Source: Alloascoidea hylecoeti
Taxonomy: Eukaryota
DNA: 64,000 bases
Direction: 5' to 3'
Assembly (NCBI GenBank): GCA_001600815.1
Contig: BCKZ01000016.1
Span: 547,077 to 611,076 of the forward strand
The translations under genes and the position numbers were made by a program. The notes below the pieces were generated by a model, which searched no databases, was not told the DNA's origin, and was given only the letters and a program-made list of their open reading frames with translations. Position 1 is the first letter of the stretch. Each line of letters starts with the position of its first letter. Shown one piece after another: positions 1 to 11,391 of the stretch.

Positions 1-1492
1 AAATAGCTTTTGTACGTCGTAACATTATTGCTTTGAGAACAACATGCAGTCTCTGCATTGCAATATCTACCACTTTCTGGTTTCCACTCGTAATAGGAGT
101 TGCAATTTTAGACTTGAACGTGGAAAGGTCGTCAAACGGTGGTATTCTTAAAAATTGAAACAACGACTGTAGTTCCGTAATATTATTTTGAATAGGAGTT
201 CCTGTGAGACACCAACGGCGATCACCTTTAAGATTATATGTGGCAATTGTAGTCTTTGCTGTTCGATTTTTTATAGTATGAGCTTCATCGAGAATAATTC
301 TCCACCACTTAGGACCAAATATAGGATTTTCAGACTTAGGGATCCTACTAGATTTGGTGCTATAGGAATTATATTCAGACATCACGATCTGATATGTAGT
401 AATCACAACATCAAAATCTTTTAACTTTTGGTATGATTTAACCCTTGATGGGCCATGATGAACGGTGACCGTCAATGAAGGAGCTTTCTCATTTATCTCA
501 TCGCGCCATTGAGTAGCCAAAGCTAAAGGAGCAACGACTAAAGTAGTTTTAATTCTTTCAGAAATTCCCTCGCTTATTGAATCTTCACCTGAGCCCTCAT
601 CTAAATCTAGTGATTGTGACTTTAGATCTTTTACTTTGGCAGGATTTTTCAAAATTAATGATATTGATTGAATTGTTTTACCAAGCCCCATATCATCACA
701 GAGAAGACCACCTTTAGCTTCAACCTTTTTTTTTTCTCTTCTCCTGAGAAATTTTACACCCTTTACCTGGTGAGGTAATAATTTGACTTTAAGGCCTGGC
801 ACATATCTATCCTCTTGTTCTTGTTCTTTTTCTTTCTCTTCGTCTTCTTCTTCGTTATTGTTAAGAGCATCTAGTAGAGATTTCAAAGCTTTCGTTGTGT
901 CAATCTTTGTTCGATATGGTGAAGGAAATGCTTCGCCAGAGTCTGTAGATTTCGATTTTGGAGAACCAAAACGGTAACTATCCGAAACATATTGAACATT
1001 TCTTGATTCAGAGGCAAGAATCCGTCGTGCAGTCATAACAGGGCTTTCAATCCGTGTCACCGTTTGTGAGTGATCAGGCATTAATATTGGCTTTTTAGAC
1101 CAGCCAGGGTTCTTCGGCGTCATTGGAGTGAAAAACTCGTTTCTTTGATCATAAGACAAAGTAGATGTTTTATTGGGGGCATGCTTACTGGGGCGACTCA
1201 AGGATGAAAAGTTTTTCTTGGGAATGAAAAGAGGATTTCTTAAGGGAGAAGTCTTCCCAAATGATGCAGAAGTATGTGCTGGAAATTGTTTTGTTTTCTG
1301 AGGATCATTAACTCTTTGAAACAGACTTGATTTGTTTAAAGGTCTGGAAGGTCCAGTGTATTCAACAAAATCAGGAAGTGTTTCTTTCGATTTTCCAGTT
1401 GATTTCGACTGCGGTTTATTGACCGTAATATCTCTAAGCTTGTCAGATACTATCTGAAAATCATCAAAGGATTTATAATCATTTCTATTCAT
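1..1492 (-). CDS. SNF2-family ATP-dependent helicase, Rad5/Rad16/Uls1 type; N-terminal part, runs off the window start
   Basis: Manual minus-strand translation from ATG 1492 (MNRNDYKSFDDF). In frame: GGLLCDDMGLGKTIQ (motif I, ~670-712), LDEAHTIKN (motif II) and RRWCLTGTPIQN (motif III). Absent from the ORF track because there is no stop codon inside the window. Confidence 0.9.
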   Translation of the reverse strand, partial: MNRNDYKSFDDFQIVSDKLRDITVNKPQSKSTGKSKETLPDFVEYTGPSRPLNKSSLFQRVNDPQKTKQFPAHTSASFGKTSPLRNPLFIPKKNFSSLSRPSKHAPNKTSTLSYDQRNEFFTPMTPKNPGWSKKPILMPDHSQTVTRIESPVMTARRILASESRNVQYVSDSYRFGSPKSKSTDSGEAFPSPYRTKIDTTKALKSLLDALNNNEEEDEEKEKEQEQEDRYVPGLKVKLLPHQVKGVKFLRRREKKKVEAKGGLLCDDMGLGKTIQSISLILKNPAKVKDLKSQSLDLDEGSGEDSISEGISERIKTTLVVAPLALATQWRDEINEKAPSLTVTVHHGPSRVKSYQKLKDFDVVITTYQIVMSEYNSYSTKSSRIPKSENPIFGPKWWRIILDEAHTIKNRTAKTTIATYNLKGDRRWCLTGTPIQNNITELQSLFQFLRIPPFDDLSTFKSKIATPITSGNQKVVDIAMQRLHVVLKAIMLRRTKAI

Positions 1493-1534
1493 GATCGTGA
1501 ATATATGGTATAAGCCAAAGAAAGGCAAACAAAC

Positions 1535-1562
1535 AAGTAAGTAAGTAAGTAAGTAAGTAAGT
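1535..1562. repeat. (AAGT)7 microsatellite
   Basis: Seen directly, just upstream of the helicase ATG. Confidence 0.95.
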
Positions 1563-4500
1563 ATAAGTAATTTTGATTACCCTGCTAGATATCTAGAACC
1601 AGGGTACACTTATATAATAAGTAAAAGGTACAGTTTTGTATTATGTCATGCTGAGGTAAGCACACAATATTATCAAACATGCGCCTATTCACCACGGCAT
1701 AACTAATTAAGCTTTGGGTCAATATTATCAACACCGCTGGCAAAAATGTTACAGGAACCGAAAGGAAAACAGCAAGTGATCATCCGTAGTGCGAATTAAA
1801 CAATTTGATTAGACTGGATTTTTCCAATTGCAATATTCAACAAACGCGTCCAACAGCGTGTGAAATTTCTTACACCACCAAAGCTGAATATTAATGGAAC
1901 ACCAAATAATGCGATGATCCTAAAGGCGACCATATGAGCATAACAATATTACATGAATTATATATTCTTAAAGAATCTAATTGTATGTCTTATCCTTAAA
2001 ACGAATTATAGTTAGTATTAATTATTTCTATCTATTTGTTCATCCAGAGAAATCTACTGGCTTGAAAGTTTAGTTTAGACAATTGTCGGATATCATGGCT
2101 TATAAAAACACTTAAAGCTCATTAGCTTTTTCAGGATTATTTTCACTGTATGGATATACATGTAGCGGATTAGTAGCTTATAACCGGAGAATAACTTGTA
2201 ATATCTCCCACAGCAATAGCGATATTAGTGTCTATAGCTATACATATAATAAAATCATAAAGAACTGTTATTAGAATTGAATACCAAGGATAGACTACTA
2301 TAGACTATATATTTATAGAATAATGCATACATCTGTGTAGAACAAATTGTCTGAAAGGGAGCCAAACATAATTAGATATCAAACCGCCAATTTGTAAATA
2401 GATACATATAAACTTTACTTGTATTAAAGGGTTCAGCAAAGTATGTTTTAGATGAGCTTTAAAATTCTTAATTCGGAGACTCTTGCTGTTGAAAATGTGA
2501 TCCGTCGACTAAGATTAAAAAAATTATGATAAATGTGGTCAGGAATCCAATTCAATATATCATCTTCACGCTTGGAAAGTTATGAAGTGAATCTGAAACT
2601 TGCCAAAAAAAGGTGAATAAGGTATCATTTCATAAAATTTTCTACGAACTGTTTACAATGTTTCCGCGGCCATTTCCAGCCATCGCAACGCAGGATGTGA
2701 GTTTATTACTTTCTTCGGCGAAACCCTGAAACAATAAGTGTGTTAATTAACATTTTTCATCTATGAGATGCCTTTTGATCGTCTCAATTATAATGGTATA
2801 ACCTTCCGAAGATTTTAGAACGAGATCGATTAAATGTGTGAAGAAAAAAAACCCAACAAGGCAACGAAAGAGATGGTTTAATGATAGGAGCATCAAGTTA
2901 GAGTGAAATAATGAGAAAACCCACAGAAAATTGTGTACTTGGTACATGTACATTGACTACAATAGTTTACAACGTTTCTGCGATGAGTCGTTCTGTGGGG
3001 TTTCTGCTGGAAGTTAAAGGAGATATATATAGAAGCTGCTTTCAATCTTTGTAAACTATGGTATATTCTCAGGGCACTTACCATAGCAAGGAAGTTGAGA
3101 AATTTCTTAACGTGTACCTGGTATACCTTTCATGGTACCTCTATATTACAATAATTTGATATTTCTATGTTGGGGGTCCATATATCCTTTTTCAATGTAG
3201 TCTCGTCTCAGTTTTATACCACCCCAGTGAAAATAGAATTCTCAAAATTTCACAGGTCAGAAAAGCTGGTTCATTCGAAAATAGTATTAGATATAGGCAA
3301 AAATATGCTGGTATATAGAAAATTATGAGTGAATCTGCGATGTTCTTCTTTTTTCTCCCCTCCTAATGGAAAACAGAAACAACTTGTCCCTAATAAACAA
3401 TTGCAAGATTTTGGTACCATTATATTTGGAAAAATTTAGATAGAACTATGAAAAGTGGTTTGAAGTAGTTAAGTCTTATCACTCAGTAAGAAATTTCCAA
3501 AATGATTTCGAACTTTACCAATAGCCTATTATTTATAGATAATACAACACCAAAATCCTGGAATTTCGTTGAAAAACTTAATATATGCATCAATGAGTGA
3601 TATTCTACTATTTCTTTACCTGATAGAAGTACTGAATAAACTGAATAGATGGAGACCTATCCAACAACCGAAAGAAAGAAAGTCTACTCCAATAATGGCA
3701 TAAATAAAAAGCGAAAATCATTGCTATCTAGGTATGATAGGGTAGCTGGCTCTAAATACGATATTTATGCCTTTTGCTTTTGTTTTATCATCCCTAAGTT
3801 TGCTCTGCTATATAAAATTTTAACTGTAAGGTGGGCACTTTGAAATGGAGGCCAATTCTTCTGATAAAGTCCAGAGCCACGTTGTAAATCGCAATTCTTA
3901 TCCTGTTCGACTTAATGTATAATTAAAGAAGATAGCTGTATCTTACACAAACATAGTATACGTATATCTTATGTCAGAAGTTGTGTTTAAATCAATTTAA
4001 TAAAACTATACATGTGTGATTTTAAAGTCCCTATGCAGATAAAGCTTAAGCGATAAGTGACTATACCATTCTAACAACCTTTTAGTATAAATATAAAACA
4101 GAAGCAACGATACCGCTAAGGATATAGGTTTATAATTTTAATTACATATATTATACAAGTTTAATTACAAGAAAATAAAGGAATGGAATGGGAGCTTAAG
4201 GGATCTGCAGCTGATGTCGCACAGAAAAAATGTAGTCCTTGCAATTTCAATTATTATAAATAATCTAATTCAATAATATATATTTTTTAGGATCATACAA
4301 TTTGGTACACAACTATTTGAATTCAATAAGAAACTATATAATAATTAAATCTAATGTTTTATAATATTTCATGACCTTTCAAACTATACACGTAAATTCC
4401 GATTTTTTTATACGTGATAATTATAAGACTTAGGAATGTAATATGGTATTGGTAATATACACCATATTAATTTTAAAATAATCTCTTTTAAACTCAAAGT

Positions 4501-4638
4501 CCAGCAAGAAGAAAAGCGAATCATGAATTCTTATAATTAACTGTATCATTTATGCAGGGACAATTAGTACTGGTACACACACATAATAAGTTTTTGGTAA
4601 TAATCGTTAATTAAAATTATAAGTTATAGGTATACCAT

Positions 4639-4685
4639 AATAACAATAACAATAACAATAACAATAACAATAACAATAACAATAA
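4639..4685. repeat. (AATAAC)7+ microsatellite
   Basis: Seen directly. Confidence 0.95.
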
Positions 4686-5642
4686 TATTAATAATATTGA
4701 TTTTATGATATTAATAATAAAAATATATAACAATAATAAAAATCTATAACGGGTCAAATAAAATCATAGGAGCTAACTTGATGGGGTGATAATTATATTG
4801 TATCTATTTGTTTCATTAAATATCACATTCATTTTTAATTTGATCCTGATATTTTCTTGGCCAATATTAATGTAAATGAATATAATCTCAACAGCAATTA
4901 TACAACCCGTATATGGCTTTATATAAACTTTATACGGTGTAGCTATAGAATATACAAATATAATACCGTTGTAAAGTTTTGTAGATGTATTTACTGGACA
5001 TCATTTGCAACAACACCTTAAGTAACAACTCTATTGGAGCCGTAGCTGATTACTCAAAACAACTATATCGCGATAACTTTAGGCATCTCTATTCGTTTTC
5101 AGATGTATTTAAATTTATGGCCAAAAAATTTCATTAATATTGGTAATACAAATTAGTTATACTGAACAATAGCGGGTGGGGGTAAAAATTACAATTATAA
5201 GAAATTTTTTATATAAATTATATAATAGATAACTACAATATACCTGCTACATAATACTTTAAAAAATTAATCAACTTCCTCAAATTTACTCTATAATAAC
5301 GAGTCTCTACTAATATGATCTATTTAATTTCTAATTAAGTTGTGGCATTGCTGAGAAGAATGATTTAAAGTACATATATATTTATGATACAATTATAAGC
5401 TCATAAAACAATCAATATCACTTTAGAATTATATATAAATTATTTAGTCATATTCCTATATCAATGAGCATGATTTGCGGACTAATTATCAATTACATGA
5501 AAAAGTTCATGAATATATATAATATGATATATGGTATATATAATCCGGCCGCAATTGTGTAATATTATAATTGTGCTCGCTTGATAAAAAGCGAAAAAAC
5601 CTGATCATGATTATGAGTTTAAATTGATATTCTTATATATGC

Positions 5643-5735
5643 TGTTAAAGTTCAAAGTGCCTGTTCTACCAGTTGCGCCAAAAAGCCAATCGACTCTTTA
5701 GTGAACTGTTCTAAGAGTGTAATATATATCCAACA
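5643..5735 (-). repeat. 3' LTR of the TRIM
   Basis: 93-bp copy preceded on the minus strand by the PPT (5736-5747). Confidence 0.95.
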
Positions 5736-5905
5736 CACCCCCCAACCTTAGGCAGGTCACTTTACTAATCGCCATATCTGCTCACCCCCGTGATCTTGCG
5801 GGTTTCGGACTTCTTGCAGACTGACTCGGACATTTTACTTTCGGGCCATTTATGCGTTACCCTACTAAGCCTCAACTAGACTGATGTAAACTACCGTCCT
5901 ACGGC

Positions 5906-6031
5906 GGACTCGAACCTGATGCCTCTCGTGGCGGCGCCGCTACCATGTTAAAGTTCAAAGTGCCTGTTCTCCCAGTTGCGCCAAAAAGCCAATCGACTCT
6001 TTAGTGAACTGTTCTAAGGGTGTAATATATA
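5906..6031 (-). promoter_or_regulatory. Putative RNA polymerase III type-2 promoter within the TRIM (TATA + A box + B box)
   Basis: Minus strand: TATATATT 6031-6024, A box TGGCGCAACTGG 5983-5972, consensus B box GGTTCGAGTCC 5916-5906. The A-B gap is 55 nt. Confidence 0.75.
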
Positions 6032-6038
6032 TCCAACA
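5946..6038 (-). repeat. 5' LTR of the TRIM
   Basis: 93-bp copy beginning TGTTGGATATATATT on the minus strand, followed by the PBS at 5945-5938. Confidence 0.95.
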
Positions 6039-9000
6039 TATGCTACTATGATTATTCAAAGCCAATTGAAAGTAGTTACTCTATACGGAATCGAAGTTTA
6101 CAGTTACAACCCACATATTTGCCTATATAATATATCTATATAAATGTAGGGCGATATAATTCTGCTGCACTGGCTCTTAATTTAAAAAATATATCTTTTC
6201 AATTTGAAGGATAAATCTATAAATCTATAAACTTATATATCTAATATTTTAATATAATTATAAGTTTATCAATCGATTATACGGTATGTGTATTTACACT
6301 ATTTATTAAGTGTGTGGCCATGGGGTCGAGTTAGTAATTTTAATCATTCAATATTAATTAACATATAACATACTGGTAATCCATAAATACATGTATGTGT
6401 AACTACCTATAATTACATGTAACTTATATTTAAATATAGTTACAGCTACCGTTATATACAATTATAACTTCAATACGTCAGTAATTGACAGCTGCAGAAT
6501 ATCAAATACTATTCAGTGGAGTAAATATGATGTCCCATATTACTTAATTAATCGGAGATACAAATAAGGTTGCATTGGTTATATTCTTTAGATGTACCCA
6601 TAAAAATAATCAGTGAATACCTGAGGCGCGTTCATAAACGTTCAGGTACATACATTTTGCTACAACAGTTATATAAAAAATTATCCCCTTAACTTATAAT
6701 TTAATTAAGGTACCAAATTTCAATTTAAAGGAATATCATACACCTTTTCAAATGCATTTGATCATAGATCTTGATGTATTAAATGTCTGCATTCCACCGG
6801 AAGAAGTCCGACTCGAACTCCGGACGCCCCTATGCCCTCAGCATTGCAACGATGCCCCTACCAACAAGTCAGAAGTTCATCCGAGTTGTTAATATTTATC
6901 ACCAACTTGGACTAACATCTCATTCTAGCATATATAGCATTATACATTGTATACAATAGTTCAGTTGTTATGTACATCTTTGTTTCACTTAGAACGCCAT
7001 TTTAATATCAACCTCGAAATCTTGATAAACTTTATTTGAGAATATCATCGAAACCTCATTAAATTTAACCATTAGATATATAAGTGACTCGGCTTGATTA
7101 CAGATCCAAAGCAATATCTTGTCTACTTGGTCGGAGCAGGTTGTACCTAGCTATGTATAGTACTGCGTTTGGCTTCATTACAAAACCAATGTGATGACCT
7201 ACTGTATGTATCAATTAAATTTTAAAAAATCTGGGGAAGGAACAGTAACTCAACAGTGCTAGCACGAAAGGGTATCAAAGCATATGAAGCTGTATTACTT
7301 ACTCCTAAGCTTTTCTTATCTTCGAATTCTATTTATAAATATATAGAATAAAAAATAAAGACATGGCAGATCACTGTCGATAATTATACTAATGGTCCCA
7401 CACTATGACATTAATTATACATAACGACTGCAGTGAATTTAACGCCTGATACGTAACTGAGATGTCATCGGAATTGGTCAAGAATTTCTATTATTGGGTT
7501 TTGAGGAGACTCAATACCAATTTCAAGTTATTTTAAAGAAAATATATTGGAAAAGAAGAATGTCATGTTATCGTGCATGTTATGAAAGAGGTGTTATCAA
7601 AATCAATACCGGATTATTATTTTTACCTGTTTTGGGACAAGTTCACTTCGGATAAACCTTGTGATGAGGTGGAAAAAATTTAAAGCTACATTTACCGTTC
7701 TGATTTTCAAAACTTTGTTTCTAGTACCTGAATCAATTCAAATCTTAATTTTCATTTATTAATGTATAAATGTATAAGGATTAAATTTAAATGCTTTTTT
7801 TATTTCAAATACCTGTACTCATTCAAGAATCTCATTTAATCATAATTTTAAGCTTCCATTTCGTGTTGCTGTACGTATAATGTATTATATTATAATTCTT
7901 GGAATAATACTAGCGATTAATTAAGTGAAATTCCGCGCCATGGTCTGTGGAATTGTTTCTGCTTAGTTTTAAATTTTTCAGTGTGTGTCTCATACCTTTG
8001 AGAAGTATTTTTATGAAAAAGGAAATATATATCTGTTTATGAAAATTTTCACAGTTGGAAGGCTAAGGAAAATTCGTTTTAAGGAACAGAATATATATAT
8101 GTGGCATATGTTTCGGAGGATCCATATCTGTTTAACTCATCAACTTTAAATATCGATGTACATTTGATGCTCGGTTTACAGATTAGTAAAATACAAATAC
8201 GCATCCGTATTCAAGCAGATCTATATATGTAAAATTAGGTTATTCTTATATTTTTCTATTGAGTTATTTGGAATAGAAATAATTTTCCATTTAACTTCAA
8301 TATTATCTGACTATTTTTATAATTTGTGACATTCAGAAGCAAAATAACTGGATGTTTAAAGTAACATTTTAATCTATATTTAGCTCGATAAGACCCATAA
8401 TTGGAACGGCTTCCAAATGTACAGTGAATAGTAGATATCTCAACATTTTATTTATCTAATTTTACATTTTCATATATATTTTTATTTCTAAATTGTTTCA
8501 ATCGGCTTGTGATTACTAGTTTCAATTGATATATGCATTTCCTTTTCTCATATAATCGCAATTGCGAAAACTGTTTTTTTATAAAGACGATCTAAACTCG
8601 ATTCATATTTATTTATAAGAATGTTAACTCAATACGGCTTTGAGCCATTTATTGCTGCCTATCACCTTTAGATACGGGCAATTTTTAACACGTGCACAAA
8701 ACTTTTTATTCATCAAGCTTGAACAAAATTATATATATTATTCGTTGCAGGAAATTAATTAATCCAAACTTATTATGCTGGTGTCAACAAGGCTGACTTA
8801 GCTAATATAATTATGATCTAAATAATGGTATAATTAATAATAATATACTCAAATGAACCTGTATAGAAAATTTCCTAGACAGGTACCTGGTGTCTTATGT
8901 GCATATCTAATATTACCCTAGCTGGTAATGCATGGATAGTATATAGCCAATTGTAAGTGATAATATATATTATAACGTTGTAATTATCTATGATCAAAAA

Positions 9001-11391
9001 ATTCAGAACCGAATGACTATCAGGTGTCCTATACGGTATACAATTAAGGTGTTGTATATTACAATGTTATAGTTTCCTCCATACCCTTACAAGTTACGTA
9101 AATCTTTATTCAGTTTAGTCTTGCTATTGCGATTGTCATTCTAGGATTTATCTAGGATTATAGTTACTAAGCCATATATGCATATCAGATAAAGTGGGTC
9201 AATTGAACTTTTCAATGGATGCATATTATGGATCAATGTGTGTCCCATTAATATTTAGATCTGAGTATGAGGTCATTAATAACATATATCGATATTGATG
9301 GAGCTCGAGGAGACAATTGAAAATAGTTTTTTTATAAAAAGAATTCGAACAATTTATATGATTTGTAGTCTTAAAATAGTATAAATAATTTTATATATTA
9401 ATAACCTTAAGCTATAGATACATGTATATATAAGATCTTATAGGAGTTTTATTAGGATTCAGGAACCCTATCACTGAGACTTCGGCGGCCGTGAAATTAT
9501 GTTATCTAAAAATATACATGCAAAATTTGAGAGCAAGTACGTCTAGATCTGTATCTATCAAAATTTTTACATCTCTCAAAGCGACATTTAGGCGGCATAG
9601 TATAGTGCATAGTTATTCAAGGGCCAACATGCAAGGAGACAAACAACTGCAACTGCAGCACATAGTAGTATGTGCATGCCACTACATGATCATGATGAAC
9701 CTAAAGATACATTCATGACCATAATAAATTATCACGTTAACACTTAGGCCTGGCCTTTCAGTGTTGTTATTTTCAATATTATCCACTTTATCCGAACCGG
9801 ACAAATAGACCGGAATACAATTGATTAACAATATGCTTACTATCTAGAAGTCAATATAAGCTCAAATTAGTAATTAACTGCTAATATTAATATTAATAAA
9901 AATATAACTATTGTAGTTCTAGCTGTATACTTAAACAGTTTTTTAATTTAGTGAGATATATAGATATCCTATATACGAGTCATACGGTAAGATACGGAAT
10001 TCCAATTGCAATATTAATAATATCTATAGCTTGAGTAATAGCTAGCCATAGCTAGTCAAGGGACTCAAGGCTTAAGCTTGCATTCGATGTTTAATTTATA
10101 ATTGACTGCTTCTTGACACAGAAGTGACACAATTCAAAAATTACAATTGCAAGCTTTTACGATATCTCGATTCTCGAGCGCTAATATATATATACTAAAA
10201 GCGGCTATACTTTAAAAGTAATAGCAGAATCTAAGTTTAGTAAACGGATATGATTGTACATATATAGCTACATATTTCAGGAGTTTAGTTAAAGAATATG
10301 TCAAAAATCCATAAAACTTAAACTGGAGCTGAGGGCCAATGAGCTTTCTAAAACGTTCCTTGCCGACATTCTCAGTCGCATGACATGGAAAAGAAACACA
10401 GGGGCAATGATGGTGGGTGAATATTATTGGAAATCCGTAAGCGAATAGAGGGTGTTAGCGAAAAAGAAAGCCACAGTTAGGATAACGCATATGGATGGTT
10501 TACGCACAAGGTAGGAGCAAAGAAAAAAAAACAGAATATAATTGTCTTCATTTGGATGGTGAAAGTGCCTGTAAGATTCTCTGGTATGGAATAATTTTGA
10601 CAAGCCTGAGGGCATTTTCGAGACACAAAACCAGTTAGAAAATTGAAGGATATCGATACACTCGTACGACGAAGTGAAGCTTCAGGTATGCTATATGCAA
10701 GAGCAAAAAGTGTAGGTGCAACAGGCCGGATCCGGGCAGAGAGTTCAGCCGGTCAATCCAATCAACGTACCGGCATGGCAGGGGCGGGAGGAAAATAGAC
10801 GGACGCATGGGACGACGGGGATGGAAAAGGGAGTGCCTTGCAGGCGCAACATGTGCATACTGCAGAGTGTATGCGGCCGATATGCAACCTGCAGGTGGAT
10901 CTGATTGTGAGAAGCAAGATCCGGTCAGCCTTACATATGCGGTACTGCAGAGAAAGAACTCTGACTGTGGGAGGTTTGGGACAGCGACGACACGAGGGTT
11001 GGGACTCCACCCGACCGTGGGGGTACAGGAGACACGGGGGACCTAATTGGATCGTCAGCCTGCAGCAGCCCAGCAGCCTAGTGGCCCTCGGCCCGGGATC
11101 CAAGAGGCCGCAGACCTTGCACGACCCTTGGAGTAGGTGGATCTGTCATTTTTGCTGTCCTCCGCAGAAGTATCAGTTATCCTTGCAACCACTCTCGAAC
11201 CGATCGCCTTTCGTCCCGCAGAAGTTATTATATACCAGCTCAACACCCTGAACCGTCTGAACGACATTTATATACTTCGCAAAAACTTCCCTCTTTCCAT
11301 CACATCTTTCAGAAAAACAGCCCCTTACCACTCCTGACATAGAATAAGCTTTCTCTTCCAACCTCCTCTGGTATAAAAGCGACTACTGTCA

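Larger units (their letters stand above)
5643..6038 (-). mobile_element. Non-autonomous miniature LTR retrotransposon (TRIM), 396 bp, Ty1/copia-like ends
   Basis: Two 93-bp direct repeats (5643-5735 and 5946-6038, 91/93 identical) with TGTT...AACA ends. TSD TATGC at 5638-5642 and 6039-6043. On the minus strand, PBS TGGTAGCG directly follows the 5' LTR and PPT GGTTGGGGGGTG directly precedes the 3' LTR. The 210-bp internal region is non-coding. Confidence 0.95.

Noticed and set aside
5736..5945. Hammerhead ribozyme (retrozyme) or intact tRNA gene inside the TRIM
   Set aside because: CTGATG occurs, but not as CTGANGA with the required stems and GAAA. The A and B boxes do not fold into a cloverleaf with an acceptor stem.
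5643..6038. CRISPR-like array or simple tandem duplication
   Set aside because: There are only two repeat copies in a eukaryotic context, and the TSD, PBS and PPT explain them as LTRs.
10716..11337. Cluster of overlapping 60-137 aa ORFs upstream of the homeobox gene
   Set aside because: No recognisable domains. Open frames on both strands are expected in a GC-rich island with few stop codons.
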